From the NCBI RefSeq assembly GCF_006345805.1, contig NC_043006.1:75888001-75952000 (forward strand): a DNA stretch of 64,000 nt, read 5' to 3'. A program made the translations under genes and the position numbers. The notes under the pieces were generated by a model, which was not told the origin of the DNA, did not search any database, and worked only from the letters and a program-made list of their open reading frames with translations. Every line of letters begins with the position of its first letter. The first letter of the stretch is position 1. Positions 1-14,082 of this stretch are shown here, piece by piece. This stretch comes from Octopus sinensis. Lineage: Eukaryota.

Positions 1-338
1 AGCATAAATGTATCATCTCGTACTTGACAACTTCTGCGGAATCAAGATTAAAAAGTGAATGATAAAAGAGACTAGCGGAGAAGAAAACAAAACAAAAGCA
101 CAAGGAAGGACATTCAGGATTAATAAAATCTATGAGGCGAGAGAGAGAGAGAGAGAGAGAGAGAAGGAGACAGAGAGATAAACGCAGATAGAGTGAGCAG
201 GATGATAGCAAAAATGAGGAGACAAAGGGAGTGACGTAGATATAAACAGATAAACAAAGAAACGTTGTTTTTAGCTGGAGTTACTAGAAAGTAACTTGTC
301 ATTTATTTACGCCCGAATGTACAGGGGAGTATATTTAT

Positions 339-339
<1 letters not shown>

Positions 340-430
<91 letters not shown>

Positions 431-455
431 TATATACATACATATATATATATAT

Positions 456-500
<45 letters not shown>

Positions 501-890
501 ATATATATGTATATATATACATATATATATGCATACATACATGATATATATATGTATATATATATATATATATATTTATAGGTGTGGACCGCTTGTGCGT
601 GTAATATATATATAGACGTATATATATATACACACAGACACACACACACATATATATACATACATATATACATTTATATACATATATATATATATATCTG
701 TATATATGTATATATAGGCATACATACATGCATCAATATATATACATATATATGAATAAATATAAATATACACACATATATATATATGGGTATGCAAGCG
801 ATGTGCGTGTGTAATATATATATACACATACACACACTCACATAGAAATACACAGACACACATTATATGTATGTATTCATATGAACACAT
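340..890. repeat. (TA)n/(CA)n compound microsatellite
   Basis: Dinucleotide runs; ORFs here are poly-IY translations. Similar long tracts at ~7100-7610, 32990-33780 and 46930-47750. Confidence 0.95.
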
Positions 891-1284
891 GTAGACATAA
901 AATATATATAACTCATAAAACTCTTATAATAATTGGTTACACCTTGTTTACAGGATCGACTTCTCCTGGCCTTGGTTGAACTTTGTTCATGTTCTACATA
1001 AGTATATGATATTTAATTAAAAACGAACCGTCAAAGGCACAAATAATATAATTTAGGCTATCGTCTACAATCTAGATGCTAGATGGTAAGTTAGATTTTG
1101 TGTACTATCTATAGCTTCTGTATGTACATTACGTTAGGCGAACTTGAAAATCAAAATCAAGATACCTTCAGATGAAAGATCAACAAACTGCTTTTTATAG
1201 CTAAAAGCTATAAATTATATGTAATTAAGTCCTTCTATTTTACGCTGTGTCCTGCATATACATAAAGGCAATTACAAACATACA

Positions 1285-1320
<36 letters not shown>

Positions 1321-1778
1321 GATATTATTGTCCATAATAAAATCAGTAGCTTACCATGGGTAAAAGCCATAAAGATAAATTAAATCACTGACATTATTAT
1401 AAAATTAACATCCACCTATATATATAAATAATTTTATTCACTTTGATCATCTTTTTAAATTTGCTGCGGCATTAAAAACAGTCATCGCACACATTGGTTG
1501 GGATGAACAACCAATGTTTACTCTATAACCCTAGGGTCGATAAGGCACACGGAGGATGAACTTAGCCTATTTCTCAAGGTCCGAAATCACGGTGATATGA
1601 CTATGTCTGAATTTTTCATTGGTACGGGGTCATAGGTATTTTTATTAATTTATCCGCTTTCACCTTTGTGTTTAAGTGAAAACCTGTGATTTGTTCATTT
1701 TGATTGCTAGAGTTAGCATACCGGTAGTGCGTGTTAGTATCCTTAATTCTTAATATATATATGTTTTTGATCTAGTTT

Positions 1779-1877
1779 GGATTCTTTGCCATCAAATTTG
1801 AATTCTTTGCAACCAAATTTGCATTCTTTGTAATCAAATTTGAGTGCAAAGAATTAAAATTTGATGGCAAAGAATCC
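1779..1877. mobile_element. Small foldback/MITE-like element with 21-bp sub-repeats
   Basis: Perfect 21-bp inverted termini GGATTCTTTGCCATCAAATTT...AAATTTGATGGCAAAGAATCC; three tandem ~21-bp variants on the left arm. Confidence 0.6.
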
Positions 1878-2508
1878 TGGAGGGTTCCAAAAATGATTTC
1901 TAATATCGATTCTTCATATTTTGCCGGTAGTTTACAAGCGTAAATTTGCGAATATGAAAATAATACTTATATATGATGTGTGGTGAATTTATGGAAATAA
2001 ATCCCATAAAATTCAACATTTTTGTTAAAAATAGAGAAGAGAAGATGTTAAACTATATAAGAGAATTTTAATTCATGGAAACGATAGTTTCGTATAGAGA
2101 TATAAAATGTAAATTCGTTCAATTGAATTAATGAAGTTAATTAAATCAATTTTATACCAATGTATGTTTCAGTGCAAGAAGTATAATAAAAATTTTTACA
2201 AAGGACTTGAGAGGGGAAATAGCAAAATAAAATCTAGCAGATTCATATTTATCCTTATGAGAAAAAGAGATGTGAGTTCAGTTAGGCAAACACATTGTAG
2301 GCGACTATTTCATTGAACAGAATTCTGATTTCCAAATTTTCTTTTTTTCGGCTGTAATATTCTTTAATGACGCGTGTTTTGGTACAGGTGCCATTTATGT
2401 ATGTATGTATGTATGTATGTATGTATGTATGTATGTATGTATGTATGTATGTATGTATGTATGTATGTATGTATGTATGTATGTATGCATGTATATATGT
2501 ATGTATGT

Positions 2509-3120
2509 TGGAGTGCCCACATCAACAAAAAGGTCGATATAGCTCGTAGGATGAGTTCCTGGATCTTAAGAACCTTCAGGTCCAGAGAACAAGGTGTCAT
2601 CATTCCACTCATCTCCTTTGTGCGAATAATGCTGTCCTTGTGGTCTCCCCATACAAAACAAAGCATCTCGAGGATTGAATCACCCCAGAGGGTACACACT
2701 AAACGAAATGTAGGCATGACAGATCTAGATTATTAGGACCGGCTTAAAGCCTTGAAACTATACTCTCTCTAGCGCCGCCGCGAGCGGTACATAATTTGTA
2801 CGATGTGGAGAATATACCGCCAGCATTGCCAAACCGACCTGAACATTAATTTCAAGGTTCATCCAAGACTGGGACCACGGGCCATACGCCCCCTGCTCAA
2901 TTCAGGATCATAGCATATAGGTACACTGCCACATAATTTCCTTTCCTCAAAGGGGCCTGCCCTGTTAAACATTGTCCCGAAAGAGATCAAAGAGGAACGG
3001 ATCCCATTACCTTTAAACGGAGTCTGGTCAGATTTCTTCAAGGAATACCTGATAAACCACCCATACCTGGATAAAACTCACTTAACAAGAAAGAAGTCAT
3101 TACTTGAATGGACAATAAAC
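2509..3120 (+). mobile_element. CR1-clade LINE 3' fragment (degraded RT C-terminus)
   Basis: Reads WSAHINKKVDIARRMSSWILRTFRSR...LWSPH...DY*DRLKALKLYSL*RRRERYII...KGPALLNIVPKEI...FLQGIPDKP, typical of CR1 ORF2 C-termini; contains stops and frameshifts. Confidence 0.8.
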
Positions 3121-3387
3121 AAAACTTGATTTAAACATGATTTATATAATCCTATCAGGTAGTGCTATTAAGTTAGACATGGCCAGGACCAATCTTTGCT
3201 CGAAACATATCTAAGTTTATCTAAGTTTATGTATGTATGTATGTATGTATGTATGTATGTATGTATGTATGTATGTATGTCTCTATATATATATGTTATA
3301 TTTACACACATAAAAACATATGGATGTATCTCTGTAGGTTTATCTTACTATCACTATACTTCTCTATCCCTTATCTCACGAATTTCC

Positions 3388-3418
<31 letters not shown>

Positions 3419-3443
3419 TTGTCTCTGTCTCTCTGTCTCTCTC

Positions 3444-3484
<41 letters not shown>

Positions 3485-3673
3485 ATATGCCTGTGTGTGC
3501 ATTTGTGTGTCTGTGTGTGTACATTTATATACGATACGCAACACCGTCGAAGTCACTACATGAAGATGCTTGTGCACTTATCTACTTGTACACATAATTT
3601 TACCTGTTTGTATATAATATATATATATATATATATAAAAAAGTTGAGTTGTGGGGTATCGCACGAGTGGGAT

Positions 3674-3806
3674 TATATAAGAAAAAGGTTTGAAAATGCA
3701 TTTAAACGATGTTTATTTACTTAACCGACAATCTTTTACCAAGAGTGAACCTTGAAGTAAATAAACATCGTTTAAATTGCATTTTCAAACCGTTTTTCTT
3801 ATATAT
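3674..3806. repeat. Inverted repeat, ~49-bp arms, ~32-nt spacer
   Basis: 3674-3722 is the reverse complement of 3755-3806 apart from two single-base indels. Confidence 0.9.
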
Positions 3807-3846
3807 ATAATATAGTATATATAATATATATATATATAATGTGCGT

Positions 3847-3992
3847 ATGTATATGAATGTATGAAAGCAAAGGGTGTGTTAGATGTGATGTACAATAATA
3901 GAACTATTAGATTTGACTAAACTGATTCGCAGCCAAAAATATCTTGACTCTATTATAAATATTCATATGTGTGTGGTGTGTGTGTATGTACG

Positions 3993-4029
<37 letters not shown>

Positions 4030-4158
4030 GATAATATAATTCGAGACAAAACCACTATTTTAAAACCAAACAGAAAAAGACTTAATCAATACATAAAATT
4101 TTAATATAAATCTGATTTTTCCCTGTATTTTGGATTCATTCCCTATATTTATTATTAT

Positions 4159-4203
<45 letters not shown>

Positions 4204-4318
4204 ATAAATATTAGGGAAAGAATCCAAAATTACAGGGAAAAATCAGATTTATATTAAAATTTTATGTATTGATTAAGTCTTTTCTTGTTTGGTTTTAAAA
4301 TAGTGGTTTTGTCTCGAA

Positions 4319-4362
<44 letters not shown>

Positions 4363-4510
4363 TACGTAACATACACACCACACACACATATGAATATTTA
4401 TAATAGAGTCAAAGATATTTTTGGCTGCGAATCAGTTTAGTCAAATCTAATAGTTCTATTATTGTACATCACATCTAAACACACCCTTTGCTTTCATACA
4501 TCATATACAT
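3847..4510. repeat. ~660-bp palindrome centred on a (TA)n tract
   Basis: Arms are reverse complements, differing almost only by single-base indels. Confidence 0.9.
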
Positions 4511-4846
4511 AGCTATTAGTTACAAAGCAATAATGAATATTGTCTGCATCTTTCGCAGACTCCGTTGGAGGTACGTGTCCTATTGTTGTCAGTTTTATTC
4601 ATGTGACTTGAAGTTGTCGTGTGACATCAAAAATAATATTTAGTCAGTGGTTATGTAGCCTTCGGGGTCGTAAAAGTTATGACAACGAGAACAGAGAACT
4701 GCGTTTATTTCAACTACTTTCAGTGAATTGTAAGGAAACTGCATGGTTTCTGGCTTTTATAACTGAATCGGTGACTTATAATTGCAAGCTATTATAATGG
4801 CTTTTATCTTGTATTTTCATTTTCCTTTACATTATATATTTCTTTT

Positions 4847-4898
<52 letters not shown>

Positions 4899-5825
4899 CC
4901 TTAATTTACTTTTGATCAGACGGTGGCTTCCGGATATATTTGTCACTTTCTAAGCGCCAAATAATAGGCTGCTTTTTTAGAATAATTTCGGAAATTTAAA
5001 ATTGCGATACACATACATGCATATACGTACATGTACATATGCATATATGTGCGTATGTGTATGTGCAAATATATATGTACACACGCATGTATATACATAT
5101 ATGTTTATATATACATATATATATATAACATTATTGGTGAATTGAAGAAATGGAGCTGAACGCAGATTGAACAGAAATCGTTTTATTTCATTCTACACGT
5201 GTTTCGAAAGGCACTGTTTACTGCTGTGCTGTTTACTGCTGTGATTTTTGCTACTAAGGTATCGGTTAAACTGTTGATTATCTACTACAAGATTATTCAT
5301 CTTTCTATTTCACATTAATACATATATATATATATATAGATATATATATGTTGATATATATGTTGATATATGTTGATATATATGTATACATATACATACA
5401 TATATATTATATATATATATATATACACATATATATATGCATGCATTTTTGTTCACTCGCACTTTGTATCTCTTTATTTATTTATCCATCTCTCTCTCTC
5501 TCTATGTATGTGTGTATGTATATATATATATATATAAAAATACGTACAATACATAAATTAATTATGTATACATATGAATATGCATGTATAGTTATAATTA
5601 TATAGATGTATATATATAGAAATGCCTATATATTAATGTACACGTACACACACAAGCATGGACAGGTACACATACACACACACATACTAGTGTATAGCTG
5701 TAGATAGTCTTATCGTTTAAATTTCTAACCAATAAAAAATAAATGGTCTCCGTTTTTGATGTTTTCGGTAGACATATGTTTTAATGTATCGACTCTCACT
5801 CTTTCTTCCTCGATCTATCTATCTC

Positions 5826-5928
<103 letters not shown>

Positions 5929-6004
5929 GTCTGTCTGTCTGTCTATCTGTCTTCTGTCTGTCTATCTCTCTGTCTTTGTGGAGACTATTATGTGATATAA
6001 TATA

Positions 6005-6480
6005 TGTGTTCCTGAAGTTTTGAGACAGTTTCAGAAAAGACATTTATTAATTTCAATGAATCACCAAAGACTTATCTCCTTCAAAGTAGAATCTTCTGAC
6101 TTCAATACACTTGTAGCGATTCGGCCACTTCCTTTAGACTCCATGAAACTCCTTCTAAGTGCAGACGTCCGGTACCCTTGTCACGACCTCCTTCATCTTG
6201 GAGAAAAGAGAAAAGTCACGGGGAACAGGTCTAGACTGTAGGGAGTGTGCAGGACAGTCATGTTGCCGATCACTATCAAGTAGTTGGTTACCATGTTGCT
6301 TGTACACTAGCGCCAAGATGAAAGATTATCTTGAAGGACGCACGACGGTCTTCATCCAGAAAATTGCAAATTTTCTCAAACAGCTCTGATGTTCTGACCT
6401 TTCTTTCCGTCTGATATCATCTGTCTTACCCTCCTGCCTCTTTTGCCAGCAAAAAACAGATGTTCTGCTTATAGAAGATA
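6005..6480 (-). mobile_element. Mariner transposase relic
   Basis: Minus strand gives LHTPYSLDLFP/DFSLFSKMK (YSPDL motif, frameshifted), KCIEVRRFYFEGDK (mariner C-terminus) and DEDRRAS; TIR-like TGTGTTCCTGAAGTTTTGAGAC near 6005. Confidence 0.75.
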
Positions 6481-7119
6481 ATCAATAAACAGTCTGGGCA
6501 TGTCTTATGTTTATATAGGGTTTTGCCACTGTCTCACGTCCGACTACATTCTGAAAACAAACAGCTGTGACAGACCCTGTCTAACAGGGTGTGTTCACAG
6601 TACTGCTACGACCGTCACATTCAATCTGGAATAATAAAAGATGTCAGGCCAGCTTACATATATAGTAATGATATACTAATATTAAAATAACCCGGGACAG
6701 CTATAGCTGCCTCTCTAATTAAAAGTCTTAAAGTGTTTGGAATGAATCTGGTACTTTACGTAAAAGGCACGAGAATATCATTACCCATTTTTTATACAAA
6801 ACATTTGATTTGAGACTGCACGATTTGAAGCAACTGTAATAAATGCTATACAATGACGGAAGTCAATGTATAATATTATTTGAAAACTTACATTGTTTGA
6901 AAACTGTTTCGAATGGAATAATTTCCCTTTTTAACAACAAAAATTTCAGCTAGCCGCCACTCGCGAAAGTGGTGCCTGAGGTAAATCTTAGGCTTATGCA
7001 CATGTATATCTGAATGTTAAGCGAACACGCTACACAGATCTGAAATATTTTACAAATTTTTACATCATGCGTGTGTCATTGTAGTTATATGAGTATCCGT
7101 GTGTGCGTATATATATATA

Positions 7120-7192
<73 letters not shown>

Positions 7193-7299
7193 ATGTATGA
7201 ATATGTATATAAATATATATGTATATATGTATATATATATATATATGTATATATATATACATATCTATATACATACGTATACATTTGCATACATATATA

Positions 7300-7345
<46 letters not shown>

Positions 7346-7489
7346 TACATATACATATATACGCATATATACATACATTTATACATATATATAGATATAT
7401 ACATACACACATATATATATATAACATACACACACACACATATATATATACATATTTATATGCATACCTGTATATATATATATATAATT

Positions 7490-7586
<97 letters not shown>

Positions 7587-7904
7587 TACATACATATATA
7601 TATATATATAAGTGTAATTCTTAAATATTTTAAAGACACACTTCACGTGTTTGATGTGTTCATTCTATGATTCATTTTTGATTAACATGTCATCAAGGTA
7701 AGGAGTAACAAACTGTAAGTTTTCTTACATCGCGTCCATCACCTGTTGAAATATTGCAGGTGCTATTTTCAGTCCAAAAGGTAGTCGATTGTATATGCAC
7801 ATACCTCTGTGCGTGTTAACCAGTTAACCGTTGACAGCTTTATCTACCTTGATTTGTTGATATGCATAAGACAGATCGATTTTTGAAAAAACTTTCCTCT
7901 CTTT

Positions 7905-9052
7905 AGGTTTGGATAATGGTTCACTTTTAAACAGTCATTTAAACCGGTCGGAAAATCGGCACACAACCCAATTTTTAATTTTTTTCTCTTTTTATGCATA
8001 CAGTCGGAGCTCCCCATTTCGCGTAATCCACTTTTTCAATTATTCAAATTTTCTCCGGTCTGTCCAACTCATCGTCCACTTGCTTTATTCCCGCAAAAGG
8101 CACGTTCCAGTTAGTCTTGAACACATGTGTACCGTTGTCATCTAATTCAAAACACTCTTCAGTCTTTGTGTATAGGCGAAGTTTGTCCGAGAGTACTTGC
8201 GGAAACATTTTTTAAAAATCTCTTGACTCTTCAGACGAATTATTTTTAAAGGGACAACTATTTCCATTTTTACAGTAGAGTTTATGGGGAGGTCCCATAA
8301 ATCGAATAATTCTAACCAATCGGTATCAAACAGATCGGTTGCATTTTTGACGACGAAGACTCTCGCCTTGCATGTTTTCCATCGAAATGTGTGACATAAG
8401 TTAATTTTCGCAGTAACAATCTCGCTCTTTGTTTGCCCGTCCGTCCATAAGTTGTGAGCTTGCTTAAAAATCTCTACGTACTACTGTAGTAGGATGAAAA
8501 TGTTATAACCTCATCTGGGTTATAAGTGAATTCATTAGTCGAGTTCGAAACACCGTCTGGAGAAAACAGACTTACCTCATTTTTGGACTTTGTGGAATAT
8601 AGCTCCAATAATTGTTGTTGTGGTAGTTCTTGCTGTAATAACTGCTTTTGCAACTCCTCTTGCTGATCTTGTTGTTTTTGCAACTGTACTATGGAAGCTA
8701 ATAGGTCTTCCATTATCTAAAATGTTGTATCACGAACAAATTGTTCAACAACTTACGTCAACTTTCAAGCCCTCGTCGCCAGATGTTGCAACGTAATTTC
8801 TTACGTACAATAAATAAGAAAACTAGACAGCATTAAAAATAAGTGTAATGAACTAACAAATCTCTTTACGAACAAACAATCAATATTCCTTGAGAACTAA
8901 ACCAACCAACACGTTCTGACTTCACTGTGAACTAACACAAACTTCACTCGACTCCGAACTCCGAACCTCGAACTCACTCGGATCGTTACAATTTATACAT
9001 TACTCGTGCCAGTCTATTTCTTTAAGAGGGCATCGTAACGCTCACCACAACA
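7905..9052 (-). mobile_element. Ty3/Gypsy (Mag/Cer-like) LTR retrotransposon relic: LTR, PBS, gag start, deleted pol
   Basis: Gag-like FTYNPDEVITFSSYY...YVEIFKQ; RT-like VPFAGIKQVDDELDR...VDYAKWGAPTV...CADFPTGLNDCL; LTR 9052-8784 bounded by TGTTG...CAACA. Confidence 0.85.
8770..8781 (-). promoter_or_regulatory. Primer-binding site, complementary to tRNA-Ser(GCT) 3' end
   Basis: TGGCGACGAGGG lies 2 nt inside the LTR end and complements ...CCCUCGUCGCCA (tRNA sequence recalled, not searched). Confidence 0.7.
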
Positions 9053-10314
9053 CAATCTATGTATTTAATCATACCAATCTACTTAGGAACTACGGTTGTC
9101 TCCTTATCTTTATCTCTTCGTATATAAACTTGTGGCTGTAAGTATCTATCTATTTGCATCCGCCCAACCATGAATAGATAGCATCTATACACAGACGCAT
9201 CTTATTGCATAATCACGCTACATGTGTGTTTGTGTATACATGAATAGATACAAAAACAAACATATACATATATTTTTCTCTCCCTTTGTAATATATAATG
9301 TATAATATATATATATAATGTGTATATATGTATAATGAATACACACACACATACAACATCATATGTCGAGAAAAATAGATGCAAAAATCTTGAAAATAAT
9401 TTTATTTTACAATTTTTACAAAATATCAGTAATTAACTTTTGTAAAGTAAACATTGGTTTGGTTCAGAGTTTTAGTAAAAGGAATAAGTCAAGATTCTAA
9501 AACAAATATCTCTACTACTTACAAAAATTTTAAAGCCATCTGATTATACCTAGTAAGCAAATGTTTTGAAATTACTAAGTGTGTTTAAATTCACGTGTAA
9601 ATATAACTATCGTGTGAAATATGATGTAGTTTTTTTTAATAAATCAAATAGCACTTTTGAAGAGAAACAACGCTATATCCTATTATCTTGTGTTAATTTA
9701 ATCTGATGTGAGAATAGAATCTGTGTGATGCAGTAAAGAAGCGTTTTTTTTTATCTTGAAACACTGTAGAAATAATGATGATAACTCCTGTTTCATGACG
9801 TAACATTCAGTTTTAATCTATATATTTTAGTGGTTCACAAAGCTGCAAATACTAGTATTTCTGCAGGGAAATGAAAGGCTGGTATTTAGAGAAATTAAAT
9901 GAAATAAAGAATCGGTGAAACGTTGGTGAGAAAGAAGGTGCAATGATAGACATCAAAGGTTCAGGATATTTGGTTCACAAATTTAGATAAATTTGTATGT
10001 TATATGTAGGTGTGAGATCTTAGTCAAATAACAAACTATTTCTTTGGTGGTGCCCTAGACAGTTTAAATTTATATCGTCGGGGATATGTTCTTGGCTCTA
10101 AGCATCAATGTCTACGGATGGCATTGAAGGTTTGTTATATCTCCGAAATTTATAGAATTATTTTTACTGATACAGGCATGGGTGTGTGTTTCAGAATATC
10201 ATGCAAACACATCGTTTCGGATTCAGTTGCATTGCCCTGTATATATATATATATATATATTATATATTATACATATATATATATATTATATATATATATA
10301 TTATATATATATAT

Positions 10315-10355
<41 letters not shown>

Positions 10356-10374
10356 TAGATAGATATAGATATAG

Positions 10375-10590
10375 TTAGTTAATCCAAACAAGAAAGCACA
10401 AAAAACACAACAACGCGAGGACGTGGAACAAATATAGTATTCTCAGAAAAGAAGGAAAGTACAGGGGGTTAAAGTTTCGAGCGGAGCTCTTCGTCGGAAA
10501 CATTGGAGAAGGAAAGATCCAGAGAAGGGAAGACAAAGGAAAAAAATCGCCAACGGTACACACGCGGTGACATTTTGAAAGGAAATATAT
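10375..10590 (-). mobile_element. Short non-autonomous repeat with minimal hammerhead-like motif (family X)
   Basis: TTT CCGACGA A GAGC TCC GCTC GAAA CT TT AA at 10500-10469; homologous pieces at 25143-25262, 59085-59330 and 59753-59910. Confidence 0.6.
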
Positions 10591-10659
10591 ATATATATAT
10601 ATAATATATATAATATATATATAATATATATATATATTGACATATTTCATTCTCGATCT

Positions 10660-10950
10660 CCCTATTCTAGTGTGTCCGCGTAGGGTCTCTCACACGAACA
10701 CTGGGTGCAGTAGCAACTCTGAACGATGGTAAGCTTGTCCAGCTAACCTCAGTCTCCCCTGTGTTATTTCCGTGATAACTATTTGGGGTATCTCGTGCAA
10801 CTCGGAGTTCCTCATCCCCAATGTATACTGATTAATGTTCAGAGTCATCCCCAGCATTCTCATGCGGCACCCATCCACCATGTGAGTTGCTTGATCAGTG
10901 TCCAAGTCTCAGACTAGTATAACACAGACACCACCGTAGCAACGAAGAGA
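10660..10950 (-). mobile_element. RTE/RTEX-like LINE fragment (RT thumb region)
   Basis: LFVATVVSVLY*SETWTLIKQL...DGCRMRMLGMTLNI...RLRLAGQAYHRSEL, resembling the LYGSETWTL and RLRLAGH motifs. Confidence 0.75.
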
Positions 10951-10955
10951 CAAAC

Positions 10956-10990
<35 letters not shown>

Positions 10991-11599
10991 CTGTGTGTCT
11001 GTGCGCGAGCATGTGTGTGTGTATCCGTTATAATAAAAACAAAGTTTACATTAATGTGAAGGAGTACGGTATACTTTTGTGGAGCAAATGGCTTTTAAAA
11101 TTTTTTATATTAAATTACAGTTTTATTCCCATTTTTATACATAAGTATAAATACAATTTTTATAATGCCGTAATTTCGTATATGTCCATTTATGACATTT
11201 TTATTGATTAAATTTGGGTTTATATTAATGTTTAGAATTTTTTCAAGCATGTAGAACTCTGTAAACAGGTGTGTATACTTAGGGGTGTCTGCTTCAGATG
11301 ATGGGATTACTTCTTAGTGATTTACAAAAAAGAATGTAGGTAGGTATAGGAAGTTTTATCATATTTAATGTTTTGCTGTAATAATGTAATGGTCAAAGTT
11401 CAAAGCTTAGTCTATTATATGAAAACTTAGACATTGGATGTGTCAACGTTTTCGTGATCGAATCTTTTAAGGGCTTAGAGAAGAATGAACATGGGTGGTA
11501 TATCTTAGATGGTCAGTTTCTATAGTTGTTCTTCCTGTTGTTCTTTGGGCTAATAATGTTTGTGGTGTACAACAATATCTTAAAGAGTGTTTTGATAAT

Positions 11600-11781
11600 T
11601 TAATTTTCAATCGTGATTTCAAAAGAGTATATACTTTCCCTCCTTGACGCAACCCTATAGAATGTAACCTCATTCTCATGTAGTGTCATTTCTCTCCCTT
11701 GAGTTGTACGGGTGTCCATTGCTGAGAAATTTTGTAGCGGGTGGTGATATACGGTCGCTTTATTCGTCGCACAAGAAATCA
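11600..11781 (-). CDS. Putative terminal coding exon of an unidentified gene
   Basis: Acceptor ...ttatctgttatattacag|TG, phase 1, 59 open codons (ISCATNKATVYHHPLQ...SIYSFEITIEN*) in non-repetitive DNA; no recognisable domain. Confidence 0.3.
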
Positions 11782-13586
11782 CTGTAATATAACAGATAAA
11801 TAAATATCAGGTCAATGCTCTACATTAGTCCACTGTTTGCAGATTGCAAGTGGTAAATATAAAAGCGTTCTTTCTGTTTCCAATTTTGCTCTGTATAATT
11901 TACAAATAGAAAACTATTACAAAATTCGACCATGTAAGTTAATTTGAAATACTGATTAGACAGTTGCCATATACAATAACGAATAATTGAAAGTCATCTA
12001 ATACAACTTGACTGTGCTTTTTGTTTTATATGTAGACGTAACCTATCAGGAATGTGCTATATTTAGGACAGTTTTACATTGGAAGCACAGAGTATATTGG
12101 TTTTGCAAATATGTGAGTAGATGTGCGCAGACGTTCATGTTAAGTAATAACTAAAACACCATAGCCGCCACACGCAGGCGGGGATTACTTAATAGCATGT
12201 GCAATGCTTTCACTGATTCTTTTAGGTGCTTTTTGTGGTCCTCGAATTGGTGGATATAAAATTACTGGAGCAAATAGCTGAAACCATATCGCTATATTAA
12301 CTCATCAGAACCTTATTAATGGCTGCATGTCTATTGCCAGCATTTATTGTTAAGATAATATTTCCAATATTTCTGTATATTTCTAAACGCATTGATGTCA
12401 TATATCTCAAGTCTCATGAAGATGAGCAAAATCTTGATATACTTCGAATTCTATTCTTGTATAACGTACGAATAGTTGGATATTCATTGATTGGAAGGCG
12501 TTTGAATATAATTCAAGATAAATTTCGGTAGTTATAAATATTTACTTTTATTATTTTATTCTAACAAAACTTCCTATAAATCTTATTTATTCGATGGTAT
12601 TATTCACAAAATTGTTAGAAGTAAAAATATCACAGTATGAATTATTACCCGAACGGGTTGCTATCAATTTATATTTGTATATATAAATTTGCCTTTTCAG
12701 CTAATAATTTATATTGCACCTTGTTAGATTACGAAGCATGCTTCACCAAAGATCATTATTTAACGTCTTTTCTCCAGTTTATGTTGCATCATTGTATGGC
12801 CATAATAATTATTTATGTAAGAGAATGGCTGAATCACTTGATCTCCTATTATTTAATCAAGTCTATGTACCGCCGGAATTAAAATATTTCTAATGGCAGT
12901 TTTGAAATATGTGTAATATATTGCAATATGTGACTTAAATTGCAGTCGATGCTTGAGGTTCTACAATCGACTAAACATCTCGCTGTAGTATGTGACGCAG
13001 TTGCAATATAAAAAATGATATGTATGTATATTAAGCAAATTCAGCGGCTGAAGCTATGGAAGTGCAGATTAAATACATTGAAGCCATTGTGTCCTTTCTT
13101 TATTGCTTTCCAGTATCCCTAGTGAAGTTTTGCCTATCAATCATGAAAAAATAATATATTTACTAATTATATATTCAAGCAGAGACAATCAGCCATAACC
13201 ATCTTTTGAAACAGATGCGTTACAAGCAATTTGGAGTTCAGAACAATGGCTTCTAATACTTACTTTCCGGTTGAAATATCGCTGGAGTTAAGCAAATGCT
13301 TTTCACTCGTATAGAAAGTGTACAATTGACAGTTTCCTAGCAAAGCACATTGAATTTACAATACGCTGAAACAACTGTCTGTGAAATTCCAGTAATCTTA
13401 CATCTGACAGTTTTACATGCTTCCATTTTGTGATTCTAAAGAATAAACTCTTTTATAAATAAGTCTTAATTCATTTCCCTAAAATTAACCACTTATTTTT
13501 GTATAGGGTCTTTTTATGCAACGCATGCGTGCATGGCTTACCATTTTAATAAATATATAAATGCGGTCTTTTAATACCTAGACAGG

Positions 13587-13784
13587 CTCATGGACCCGGT
13601 CTCCCGGTTTTAATGACGCATGTGTTCCTCAGCTGGACGAGACGCTTGTCCATCGCAGCGTTACTCATTTTTGCCAGCTGAGTGGACTGGATCCACGTGA
13701 AATGAAGTGTTTTGCTCAAGAATCGAAACCATAACCATACGATCATGATAATGACACCCTAACCACAAAGCCATGCGCCCTCAC
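13587..13784 (-). mobile_element. tRNA-derived SINE
   Basis: A-box-like TGGCTTTGTGG, B-box-like GGTTTCGATTC, then TTGAGCAAAACACTTCATTTCAC...CAGCTGGCAAAAATGAGT body. Confidence 0.7.
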
Positions 13785-14082
13785 CCTTACCATTTTATCA
13801 CGATAAATACTTTTTGTGTAATATACAATTGATTATTTATAATTTTCACTAGATTCATGTTAGTCATATTTGCTTTATTTCGCATTCCTTCATTTGTTAG
13901 TATAAAGTGGTCAACAGAAAGAAAAGGAAAGGGAAGCAAATCTTGTACTGCTTGCTTTCAGTCATAGTAAGAGCAATCATGTTATTTGTTTCTATTCTAT
14001 TTTTATTCGAGAAGGGAAACAAAAAATGAGTGAGTGGTCAAGAAAGTGAAAGATAAAGAAAGCAGATACTGTTCTGTGTTTC

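Noticed and set aside
296-890. Many long ORFs (poly-IY, -YVCM, -IYLS, -N, -I, -L, -T), here and across the window
   Set aside because: They are translations of di-, tri- and tetranucleotide microsatellites that lack stop codons.
954-1085. Two small plus-strand exon candidates (954-1001, 1057-1085)
   Set aside because: The implied intron is only 55 nt, the first donor is weak, and there is no recognisable product.
12270-12315. Minus-strand CTGATGA hammerhead-like core
   Set aside because: It has GATA instead of GAAA, and no stem I or III.
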